Below are positions 36,991-45,378 of a DNA stretch of 64,000 bases, piece after piece. Source of the DNA: Acidimicrobiales bacterium (lineage in GTDB: Bacteria > Actinomycetota > Acidimicrobiia > Acidimicrobiales > Bog-793); contig JBEKMC010000002.1 of assembly GCA_050008715.1 (NCBI GenBank), positions 1,920 through 65,919 on the forward strand, written 5' to 3'. How positions within the stretch are numbered: the first letter of the stretch is position 1; every line of letters begins with the position of its first letter. The position numbers and the translations under genes are program-made. The notes beneath the pieces were generated by a model. That model saw nothing but the letters and a program-made list of their open reading frames with translations. It was not told the DNA's origin and ran no database searches.

Positions 36991-39828
36991 ATGAGACTGC
37001 CGGACGAGCTCGAGTTGGCTGCCCGCTCTTCGGCCGCGCCGGAGGCCGTGCGTGTCACCTTCGAGCGGCTGGCGGAGAGCGACCCGGCCGCGGCAGAGCG
37101 TCTCGCCGACGTCGGCGAGCTCGCCGTAGTCGTCGCCTCCGTCGTGGCGGCGAGCCGGTCGCTCGGCCGCCTTGTGCTCACCGATCCACTGGCGCTCGAC
37201 GTCATCGCCGACGCCGCGCCTGAGCTCGGACCGGCTGGGCGCTACGCCAGGGGTGACGGCGACCTCAACAGCGCCCCAGCCGCCCGTTCGCCCGCGATCG
37301 ACCCTGAGCAGGCGAGCGACGCGGCCGATCTGGCCCGTCGCAAGCGACTCGGGCTGCTCAGCATCGCCGCGAGAGACCTGGCCGGCGTCACCGGGTTGGA
37401 GGAGGTGGGCGAAGCGCTCTCGAACCTCGCCGACGGAGTGCTGCGCGCCGCCTGCGGCCTCGCCAGTGTCGGGACGGGACTCTCGGTGATCGCCATGGGA
37501 AAGCACGGCGCCCGCGAGCTCAACTACGCGAGCGACGTCGACATCATGTTCGTCGGCGAGGACGAAGGCGGGGCCGCCCGGCGCGTCATCGCCATCGCCA
37601 GCGGATCGTTTCGCGTCGACACCGACCTGCGACCCGAAGGACGAAACGGAGCCCTCGTCCGATCGCTCGAATCCTTCAACAGCTACTGGGAACGCTGGGC
37701 GCGACCGTGGGAGTTCCAGGCGCTCCTCAAAGCCCGCGCGGCTGCCGGCGACGCCGAGCTCGGCACCGCCTTCGAGGCGGCCGCCGCCGGCGCCGTCTGG
37801 GGCCGGCGCCTCGATGCCGACGACCTCGCCGAGCTGAGGTCGATGAAGGGAAGGGCCGAGGAGCTCGTCTCGAAGAAGGGGCTTTCCGACCGCGAGATCA
37901 AACGTGGCCGAGGCGGCATCCGCGACATCGAGTTCTCCGTGCAACTGCTCCAATTGGTGCACGGTGCCGCCGACCCTTTCATCCGCCGGCCTTCCACGTT
38001 GGCAGCCCTCGGGGAACTGGCCGAAGCCGGCTACGTGGACCGCGGCGATGCTGCCGCGCTGGCTCTCTCCTACCGATTCCTCCGTACCGTCGAGCACCGG
38101 CTGCAACTCGTCGAAGAAGCCCAGGTTCATACCGTACCGGGCGACCTCGAGGCTCGCGAGGCGCTGGCGAACGTGCTGGGGTTCTCCGGCTCGGGCGGGT
38201 GGGCCGACGCCACGAAACGAGGCGGCGGCGGTGCCCGGGAGCGCATGGACACGGTGATGGGGCGCTACCAGTCCTCGGCTCGGGCGATCCACGAGCGGCT
38301 CTTCTTCCGGCCGCTCCTCGAAGTCTTCGCCGGCGCGGCCTCCGGCGCCGAGATCAAGGTTGCCGGGCCCGGGGTGGGCGACGGTCGGTGGACGGTAGCA
38401 GCCGCCGAGAGCCGGCTCGAGGCCCTCGGCTTCCGGCAGGCGGAGCGCACGCGCCAGGCACTCCGGGAGCTCACGCGTGGCCTCACTCGGTCGTCCCGCC
38501 TCATGCAGCAGCTGCTCCCGGTGCTCCTCGGCTGGCTCTCGGAAGCGCCCGATCCCGACCAGGGCTTGCTCAACCTTCGCAACCTGGTCTCGGTCGGCCA
38601 CCGCCGCGACGTCCTCGTGGCCTCGTTCAGGGAGTCCCCGGAGCTGGCGCGTCGCCTGTGCCGTCTGCTCGGAACCGGCCGGCAGGTGGGGCACCTCGTC
38701 GGCAGGCATCCCGAGATCGCCACGCGGCTCGATGACGATCACGAGCTCGACCGTCCCTCCCGGACAGAGCTCGTCGAGCGAGCCGTTGTGGCAGTCGACC
38801 AGGGTCCCACTCGCTCGGGGCCGGCACTGCGCCGCGTCGTCGAGTCGACCACTCTGCGAATCCTCGCCGGCGACCTGCTGTTGCCGACGTCGCCGGTCTC
38901 GACCTTCCGGGCGCTGGCCGCTGTCGGCGATGCTGCCTTGGCGGCCGCCTTGCACGCGGCCGCACCGCGGGTGCCCTTCGGCATCATCGCCATGGGGCGC
39001 CTCGGCGGCGAGGAGCTCGCGTACGGCAGCGACCTCGACGTACTGCTCGTCTACGACGGCTCGGGTGCCGGTGACGCCGCCCTCGCCGAAGAAGCGGCGA
39101 CCTCCATCTTCAGGCTCCTCAACGGCCCGACGCCGGCGGAGCGCATCCTCACGGTCGATGCCTCCCTCCGACCCGAGGGGCGCCACGGGCCGCGAGCTCG
39201 CAGCCTCGACGCCTACGCCGAGTACCACCGCCGGCGTATCGAGACCTGGGAACGGCAGGCGCTGCTACGAGCCCGTCCGGTGGCCGGGGACCCCGACGTA
39301 CTGGGTCGCTTCATGGCGTTGACGGCCGAGGTCCTCTGGTCGGCGCCGTTCGGGGCAGAGGAGGAGCGGGCGATACGACGCATGAAAGCCCGCGTGGAAC
39401 GAGAACGGATCCCCGCCGGAGAGGATCCCCAGTTCCACCTGAAGCTCGGGAAGGGCTCTCTCTCGGACGTGGAATGGACCGTGCAGCTTCTGCAGCTCGA
39501 GCATGGCGTCGCCACGCCGAGCACGATCGAGGCGATCAAGCTCCTCGTGGCCGCCGGCCACCTCGAAGCCGGTGAGGGGGCGGTGCTGGGCGAGGCGTAC
39601 CGTTTCTTGTCTGCGACCCGCAACCGGTGGCACCTCGTCGGCAACTTCATCGCCGGCGCCGGCGGGATCGTGAGCAGGAGCGGATCAGACTCGCTGCCAC
39701 CGGATCGTGAGGCACTGTCCCGCCTCACACGCTCACTCGGGACTTCGCCCACCGAGCTCCGGGAGGCATACCGCCGAGTGACGCGTCGTGCCCGGCGGGT
39801 CGTGGAGGAGCGCTTCTACGGCCTGTGA
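36991..39828 (+). CDS. glnE: Bifunctional glutamine synthetase adenylyltransferase/adenylyl-removing enzyme
   Basis: Two nucleotidyltransferase halves are present (GKHGARELNYASDVDIMFV and MGRLGGEELAYGSDLDVLLV), each followed by DxxLRPEG. The length is 945 aa. Confidence 0.9.
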   Translation: MRLPDELELAARSSAAPEAVRVTFERLAESDPAAAERLADVGELAVVVASVVAASRSLGRLVLTDPLALDVIADAAPELGPAGRYARGDGDLNSAPAARSPAIDPEQASDAADLARRKRLGLLSIAARDLAGVTGLEEVGEALSNLADGVLRAACGLASVGTGLSVIAMGKHGARELNYASDVDIMFVGEDEGGAARRVIAIASGSFRVDTDLRPEGRNGALVRSLESFNSYWERWARPWEFQALLKARAAAGDAELGTAFEAAAAGAVWGRRLDADDLAELRSMKGRAEELVSKKGLSDREIKRGRGGIRDIEFSVQLLQLVHGAADPFIRRPSTLAALGELAEAGYVDRGDAAALALSYRFLRTVEHRLQLVEEAQVHTVPGDLEAREALANVLGFSGSGGWADATKRGGGGARERMDTVMGRYQSSARAIHERLFFRPLLEVFAGAASGAEIKVAGPGVGDGRWTVAAAESRLEALGFRQAERTRQALRELTRGLTRSSRLMQQLLPVLLGWLSEAPDPDQGLLNLRNLVSVGHRRDVLVASFRESPELARRLCRLLGTGRQVGHLVGRHPEIATRLDDDHELDRPSRTELVERAVVAVDQGPTRSGPALRRVVESTTLRILAGDLLLPTSPVSTFRALAAVGDAALAAALHAAAPRVPFGIIAMGRLGGEELAYGSDLDVLLVYDGSGAGDAALAEEAATSIFRLLNGPTPAERILTVDASLRPEGRHGPRARSLDAYAEYHRRRIETWERQALLRARPVAGDPDVLGRFMALTAEVLWSAPFGAEEERAIRRMKARVERERIPAGEDPQFHLKLGKGSLSDVEWTVQLLQLEHGVATPSTIEAIKLLVAAGHLEAGEGAVLGEAYRFLSATRNRWHLVGNFIAGAGGIVSRSGSDSLPPDREALSRLTRSLGTSPTELREAYRRVTRRARRVVEERFYGL

Positions 39829-39844
39829 CGGCGCGGGAAGGCCA

Positions 39845-40429
39845 TCAGGGGCCGTCGAGCGGCAAGTCCTCCGGCCGGTCGGCGTCGCGAAATGCAAGTG
39901 GTGTTGCCACGGTCCCCCAGTCGGCCTCGCCGAGGTACGCCGTGTCCGGCCCCAGCGCAGGCGACACGGCGCGAACGCCCGAGGCGACGAGCTCCACGGC
40001 TCGGTCGAGGTCGTCGGGGCACCAGCGGGCGCAAAGCGGTTGCGTGCGACCCTCCACCACGGGTACGACCGATGCGTCCTCCGGGCGCCCGGCCAGCCAG
40101 TCCAACACCTCCTCCGTGAGCAATGGGAGATCGGTCGCAAGCACGATCACGTCGCCCGAAAAGCCCAGTCCCCGCAGGCATCGCCACCCTGTCGCGATGG
40201 CAGCAAGAGGCCCCTCGCCCGGATCAGGCTCGGTCGTCGGAAGCCCGGACCGTCCCGGCCCGACTTCGAGCGCCGGCCGGGCGACGTCGGCGAGCAGACC
40301 GCCGAGTCGGACCGAGAGGATCTCGCCGGCGACCTCGAGCGTCGCCTTGTCGCGCCCCATGCGGCGGCTCCTGCCACCGGTCAGCAGCAGACCGCCCGGC
40401 AGGTGGGGATCGTCCGGCAGGTGCCTCAA
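39845..40429 (-). CDS. mobA: Molybdenum cofactor guanylyltransferase
   Basis: It has the LLLTGGRSRRMGRDKA motif. I place the start at TTG 40429, overlapping the upstream stop (TTGA). The ORF-track ATG 40561 lies inside the upstream gene. Confidence 0.75.
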   Translation of the reverse strand: MRHLPDDPHLPGGLLLTGGRSRRMGRDKATLEVAGEILSVRLGGLLADVARPALEVGPGRSGLPTTEPDPGEGPLAAIATGWRCLRGLGFSGDVIVLATDLPLLTEEVLDWLAGRPEDASVVPVVEGRTQPLCARWCPDDLDRAVELVASGVRAVSPALGPDTAYLGEADWGTVATPLAFRDADRPEDLPLDGP

Positions 40430-40704
40430 GCGGTTGTGGGGCCGCTGTCCCCATGCCCTGCCACCTCGCCGGCGACCGCTTCGGAATCGAGCTCGGCGGC
40501 GAGCGCCCGGGCATGGGCGAGCGCTTCGTCCGGCGAGATGCCGGCCTGGCCCACGAGCCACGACGAGATGGGCGCGGCCGTTCGCTCGGACGCGTGGGCG
40601 GCCACGGCCGTCATCGAGAGGAGCTCCCCCACAGAGGTCTCGTCAGGCGTCTCGAGCCCGAGGCGCTTGGCGTAGCGGTCGATCCATTCGGCAGCTGTCG
40701 TCAT
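40426..40704 (-). CDS. Small DUF6457-like protein commonly found next to mobA in actinobacteria
   Basis: This 92-aa protein begins MTTAAEWIDRYAKRLGLE...LLSMTAVAAHASERTAAPISSWLVG. The family assignment is from memory only. Confidence 0.5.
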   Translation of the reverse strand: MTTAAEWIDRYAKRLGLETPDETSVGELLSMTAVAAHASERTAAPISSWLVGQAGISPDEALAHARALAAELDSEAVAGEVAGHGDSGPTTA

Positions 40705-40722
40705 CGGTTCAGGCCTTTCAGG

Positions 40723-42675
40723 TCACGAGAGGGCGTCGGCATTCTCGATCCGGATGGTCGGGATGTCGTCCGCCGGCTTGAAACCCGCCACACGCCCGAA
40801 GAAGTACAGCGCTGCCTCGATCGTCGCCTTGATGTTCTCTGCCTTCCGGAATCCGTGCTGCTCACCTTCGAAGGCGAGGTAGGCGAATGGTATGCCGTTC
40901 TTGCGCAGCGCTTCGGCCATCGCCTCGCTCTGGGCGGGAGGCACGACCTGGTCCTCCAGGCCCTGGAACAAGATGAGGGGCGTGTGCATGAGGTCGGTGT
41001 GGAAGATGGGCGACCGCTCCTCGTAGATCGCCTCGGCTTCTGGCCACGGGCCGATAAGCCCGTCGGTGTACCGGGACTCGAATTTGTGCGTGTCCCGGGC
41101 GAGGGCGCCGGCGTCGGCGACGCCGAAATGGCTCGAGCCGGCGGCGAAGACGTCGCGGAACGTCACGGCACACAGCGTCGTGTACCCGCCGGCGCTGCCG
41201 CCCTCGATGAGGAGGCGGCGACCGTCGGCCCGGCCGTCAGCCGTGAGATAGCGCGCCGCGTTCACACAATCGTCGAGGTCGACGATGCCCCACCGGCCTC
41301 GCAGCCGCTCCCGGTACTCCCGCCCGTACCCGGAGCTGCCTCCGTAGTTCACGTCGACCACGCCGATGCCACGCGTGGTCCAGTACTGGATTTCGTAATC
41401 GAGGGAGGACGAACTTGCCGAAGTGGGGCCCCCATGGCTGTGGACGAGCAGAGGTGGCTGTTCGCCTTCCGGGGCGACGAAGTCCGGGTTCAGAGGGGGG
41501 TAGAAGAGCGCATGTGCGGTGAGCGAGTCCTCCGTCGGGAACTCGACCGGTTGCGGCTCCGACAAGTAGGCGGCATCGACCACGGCCTTCGAGGCGGCCT
41601 TCAGGATGGTCGTGGCAGCGGATGGCACGTCGACCGAGATGATGCTCGTCGGCAGCTTGGCCGAGCCCGCCACCGTCACGATGCCGCCGTCCCGGGCGCA
41701 GATCGACGTCGCCGTGGTGTAGGGCGTCGCGATGATCTGGGAGCGAGCGTTCGCTCCGATGAGGCTCATCGACCCGAGACCTTCACGCGACGAGATCGCA
41801 ACGATCGACCCATCGGCGAGAAAGCAGTAGGTCGACTGCCCGAGCACCCAGTCAGGAGAGGAGAACTCTGCTTCGGCGGGCGCGATCGGGCGGCCGCCGT
41901 TCTCATCGTCCAGGTACAGGTTCCACCAGCCGGAGCGGTCGGAGATGAAGTGGAGCCGGCCGTCCGGCGCATACCTCGGCTGCGTCACCGACTCGGCGGC
42001 GCCTCCTGCCACGAGACGGGGGTTGACCGGCAGGCCGTCGGGACCGAGATCGGCGTCCCACAGCTCGGTCCCGTCCCAGGGCATGTTCGGGTGGTCCCAG
42101 GAGATCCAGGCGATTCGCCGGCCGTCGGGCGACAGCGTGGGGAACGAGAAGAAGTCGTGGCCGTCGGCCACGACCCGAGGCTCCGCCTCCCCGTCGGTGG
42201 CGAGGATCACGAGGTCGTTCACGACCTCGACAGCCACTCCGGGCGTCCCGTGTCGCTCCCGAACGCAATACAACTGGTGGCCGTCACGGCTCACGACCGG
42301 TGCGCCGTAGCGCACCCCGGCCGCCACCGGTGGCTCGGCCGTGATCGCTTCGGGTTCCTGTCCGGGCCGCACCCGATAGAGCCGTTGATCGGCGAAATTG
42401 CTGAAGTACACCTGGTCGCCCGCGACGGCGTAACAGCGGCCGCCGTACTCGTGCACACGCGTACGGGCCGAGTAACCAGCACCGAAGACATCTCGGGTGG
42501 TGCCGTCGTCCGACCGCTTCACGATCGCCACCCTGCCACTCTCGGCGGGACGACCCTCGGTCCAGTAGACGGCATCGCCCGCCACGGTCGGGTAGCCCAG
42601 CGACACTGCGTCTTCGAGGAGACGATCAGCGGTGAGCGGTGACGTCCACGAACCGTAGGGCGCAACGGTGACCAT
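40723..42675 (-). CDS. S9-family serine peptidase (prolyl oligopeptidase/acylaminoacyl-peptidase type): beta-propeller + alpha/beta hydrolase
   Basis: It has the nucleophile elbow GGSAGG, a VHSHGGP block and a C-terminal His region. I place the start at ATG 42675 (MVTVAPYGSWTSPL). Confidence 0.85.
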   Translation of the reverse strand: MVTVAPYGSWTSPLTADRLLEDAVSLGYPTVAGDAVYWTEGRPAESGRVAIVKRSDDGTTRDVFGAGYSARTRVHEYGGRCYAVAGDQVYFSNFADQRLYRVRPGQEPEAITAEPPVAAGVRYGAPVVSRDGHQLYCVRERHGTPGVAVEVVNDLVILATDGEAEPRVVADGHDFFSFPTLSPDGRRIAWISWDHPNMPWDGTELWDADLGPDGLPVNPRLVAGGAAESVTQPRYAPDGRLHFISDRSGWWNLYLDDENGGRPIAPAEAEFSSPDWVLGQSTYCFLADGSIVAISSREGLGSMSLIGANARSQIIATPYTTATSICARDGGIVTVAGSAKLPTSIISVDVPSAATTILKAASKAVVDAAYLSEPQPVEFPTEDSLTAHALFYPPLNPDFVAPEGEQPPLLVHSHGGPTSASSSSLDYEIQYWTTRGIGVVDVNYGGSSGYGREYRERLRGRWGIVDLDDCVNAARYLTADGRADGRRLLIEGGSAGGYTTLCAVTFRDVFAAGSSHFGVADAGALARDTHKFESRYTDGLIGPWPEAEAIYEERSPIFHTDLMHTPLILFQGLEDQVVPPAQSEAMAEALRKNGIPFAYLAFEGEQHGFRKAENIKATIEAALYFFGRVAGFKPADDIPTIRIENADALS

Positions 42676-42771
42676 GGCACGACGATAGGCCCGACCGACG
42701 CCTCGGCGCGGGGCTGTGCGGACCGTGTGCTCTCGGGTGGTCCCGTGGGGGTACCGTTTCCTGTGCGCAGT

Positions 42772-42787
42772 GCCGCCGGCCGGCGGC
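42772..42787. promoter_or_regulatory. Perfect 16-bp palindrome in the divergent intergenic region
   Basis: GCCGCCGGCCGGCGGC is its own reverse complement. It is followed by (C/A)GGCGGC repeats and lies between the peptidase start (42675) and the proposed PAS-GGDEF-EAL start (42884). Confidence 0.2.
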
Positions 42788-42883
42788 CGGCGGCAGGCGG
42801 CAGGCAGGCCTTCGGGCGATAGTCGTGCGGCATGCGTCGCAGTTCCGGCGCCCCACCGGATCTGCTCGGCAGGGAGGGGCAGG

Positions 42884-44956
42884 TTGGCCGACACAACATG
42901 GTCGTTGGAGGCATCCACCCTCGCCGCGCTCGGTCAGGCGGTCGTCGTCAACGACCTTCAGCGCCGCATCCTCTACTGGAATCGGGCCGCCGAGGAGATG
43001 TTCGGCTGGAGTGCGGCAGAAGCTCTCGGCCGCGACGTCGTCGAGATCGTGAGAGCCGGAGAAGACCCGGAGCGCGATGCGAGCATCTTCCGGCGCGTCG
43101 CCAAAGGCGAGAAAGTGGACGCCGAGTACGCAATGGTCCGCAGGGACGGGCGGAGGTTCGCCGTGCTCTCCACCATCACGCCGGTCTTGGAGCAGGGCCG
43201 GGTGGTCGCCGTCGCCTCGGTCGCAACCGACATCACCGAGCGGGTCCAGATGGAGGCAGCACGGCGGGAAGCCGAGGAGCGCTTCCGTCTCGGCTTCGAG
43301 CGGGGAGCCGTCGCCGCCGCCATGCTCGACCTCGCCGGGTTCGTCACGAGGGTGAACCCAGCGATGTGCGCGTTCTTGGACCGCACCGAGGACGAGATCG
43401 TCGGCCACGAGACGGCAGAGTTCATCCATCCGGACGATCAGAATGCCGTCGTCACGCGCGAGCACGTCTTCCGCGGCGACCGGACTCCCTTCGAGCGTCG
43501 CTTCCTCCGCAAGAACGGCACCGAGGTCTGGGGGCTCGTGAACATGGCGCTCGTCCGCAACGACGACGACACTCCGGCCTACCTCTTCGCACAGGTGCAG
43601 GACATCAACAGGCGTAAGTCGGCCGAGCAGATGCTCGAGCACATGGCACTGCACGATCCGCTCACCGGGCTGCCGAATCGCGTGCTGCTCCAGGATCGCC
43701 TCGAGGGCGCGCTCGCCCGGGCGGCTCATTACGGCCGGCGCGTCGGCGTGATCTTCGGCGACATCGACCGCTTCAAGCTCGTCAACGACACGCTCGGGCA
43801 CGCCGCCGGCGACCAGCTGCTCGTCCTGCTGGCCGTACGCCTGCTGTCGTTGGCGCGGGCATCGGACACGGTCGGACGGTTCAGCGGGGACGAATTCGTC
43901 ATGATCTGCGAGGACTTGCCTGCCGGGGAGAGTGTCGACAGCATCGGCAGCCGTATGAGCGCCGGCTTCGACCGCCCGTTCCACGTGGCTGATCGAGACC
44001 TGTACCTCACGGTCTCCGCCGGCATCGTGCTGCCGGACTCCGAAGAAGACGCTGCCACTTGCTTTCGCGACGGGGCCGTCGCCATGCACCACGCAAAAGA
44101 GGGCGGCAGGGGGCGGGCCGAGCCCTTCGACAAGGCCATGCTCTCGCGAGCCGCCCGCCTGCTCGACCTCGAGAGCGCCCTTCGCCTCGCCGTCGAGCAC
44201 GGTGATCTGCGGCTCGCGTATCAGCCGATCATCGATCTCACGACGGGGCGGACGATCGCCGTCGAAGCGCTCTGCCGGTGGCGACATCCCGAGCGCGGCG
44301 AGATCAGCCCTGCCGAGTTCATACCCGTGGCCGAGCAGTCGGGTCTCATCGGCCCCATCGGCCGCTTCGTGATCGATGAGTCGATCCGCCAGATCGGGGT
44401 GTGGAGGGACGAGCTGGCCGGGGCGGTGGACCTCTGGGTGTCGATCAACCTCTCCTCGGCGCAGGTGTCATCGGAGCTCGTGGCACTCTGCGAGCAACTT
44501 GTGGATCGGGACGCCGAGGGCGGCTCGTTCGGATTCGAGATCACCGAGAGCGTGTTGATGTCCGACATCGGCGCCGCCATCGACGTCCTACGGCGGCTTC
44601 GGCAGCTCGGCATCCCGGTGTCCATCGACGACTTCGGGACGGGCTACTCGTCGCTCGAGTACCTGAAGCTGCTGCCGGTGCAATCCCTCAAGATCGACCA
44701 GTCGTTCGTCGCCGGCTTGGGGCTGCGGCGCGACCCGGATGATCCCTCGATCGTGCAGGCGGTCATCGCCCTCGCCCGGGCGCTCAGCATGGGGGCCTGC
44801 GCCGAGGGCGTCGAGACGGAGGAACAGCGTCAGGCGCTCCTCGCCCTCGGCTGCGAGGAGGCCCAGGGCTATCTGTGGTCCCGACCGCTGGCGCCGGCGG
44901 ACTTCGAGCAGTGGTACCGCGAGCACGGGGCCGGACAGGCGAGCGCCCGGACGTGA
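42884..44956 (+). CDS. PAS-PAS-GGDEF-EAL c-di-GMP signalling protein
   Basis: Two PAS folds are followed by a GGDEF domain with an SGDEF active-site variant and an RxxD I-site (RASDTVGRFSGDEF). The EAL domain is intact (EALCRW, NLS, EITES, DDFGTGYSSL, KIDQSF, AEGVE, QGY). I prefer TTG 42884, preceded by GGGAGGGG. The ORF is open from 42716. Confidence 0.85.
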   Translation: MADTTWSLEASTLAALGQAVVVNDLQRRILYWNRAAEEMFGWSAAEALGRDVVEIVRAGEDPERDASIFRRVAKGEKVDAEYAMVRRDGRRFAVLSTITPVLEQGRVVAVASVATDITERVQMEAARREAEERFRLGFERGAVAAAMLDLAGFVTRVNPAMCAFLDRTEDEIVGHETAEFIHPDDQNAVVTREHVFRGDRTPFERRFLRKNGTEVWGLVNMALVRNDDDTPAYLFAQVQDINRRKSAEQMLEHMALHDPLTGLPNRVLLQDRLEGALARAAHYGRRVGVIFGDIDRFKLVNDTLGHAAGDQLLVLLAVRLLSLARASDTVGRFSGDEFVMICEDLPAGESVDSIGSRMSAGFDRPFHVADRDLYLTVSAGIVLPDSEEDAATCFRDGAVAMHHAKEGGRGRAEPFDKAMLSRAARLLDLESALRLAVEHGDLRLAYQPIIDLTTGRTIAVEALCRWRHPERGEISPAEFIPVAEQSGLIGPIGRFVIDESIRQIGVWRDELAGAVDLWVSINLSSAQVSSELVALCEQLVDRDAEGGSFGFEITESVLMSDIGAAIDVLRRLRQLGIPVSIDDFGTGYSSLEYLKLLPVQSLKIDQSFVAGLGLRRDPDDPSIVQAVIALARALSMGACAEGVETEEQRQALLALGCEEAQGYLWSRPLAPADFEQWYREHGAGQASART

Positions 44957-45201
44957 TCCGTTTCTCCTATGCGGAGGCGATGACGGATCCGACCTTCTAC
45001 GGCCCGTTGGCTCGTGCGGCGGAGGAGGCGGGTTTTGACTCGTTCGTCGTGCCCGAAAGCATCGCCTACCCTCGCGACTCCGCGACGGGCTATCCCTATG
45101 TCGAGGTCGGAGGACGGGAATTCCTCGAGGACAAGCCGTTCATCGATCCCTTCGTTCTGGCCGGATCGCTCTCGTTTGTGACCGACCGAGTCAAGGGCTG
45201 A
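44953..45201 (+). pseudogene. N-terminal fragment (82 aa) of an LLM-class (luciferase-like) flavin/F420-dependent oxidoreductase
   Basis: VIRFSYAEAMTDPTFYGPLARAAEEAGFDSFVVPESIAYPRD... is a typical LLM N-terminus, but the frame stops after about 82 codons. No continuation is visible in any frame before purD. The GTG start overlaps the upstream stop (GTGA). Confidence 0.6.
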
Positions 45202-45217
45202 CGACCCGACTTCTGGA

Positions 45218-45250
45218 GTGAGAAATGACTCCCACAGGTGGTTTTCTCAC
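45218..45250. other. AT-richer hairpin immediately after the truncated LLM fragment
   Basis: GTGAGAAA (45218-45225) pairs with TTTCTCAC (45243-45250) around a 17-nt loop containing CCAC/GTGG. The local composition is unlike the flanks. Confidence 0.35.
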
Positions 45251-45378
45251 GTCCAGAACTTCGGCGGGGCGCGGTAGCGTTCCGCCAGTGGCGACTAACG
45301 GCGAGCTGGAGCTCCGGGGCATCAACCACCACCTCGGGCCGCCGCCGGCCTGAGCCCGACGCCGTTACGGTTGCCCCG

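Noticed and set aside
36769-39228. 819-aa minus-strand ORF
   Set aside because: It is antisense to glnE. It has no recognisable domain, and its composition is dominated by Gly/Arg/Glu/Ala.
40123-42642. 839-aa plus-strand ORF
   Set aside because: It is antisense to the S9 peptidase, DUF6457 and mobA genes, which all have clear motifs. The product is low complexity.
42626-44287. 553-aa minus-strand ORF
   Set aside because: It is antisense to the PAS-GGDEF-EAL gene, whose motifs are unambiguous.
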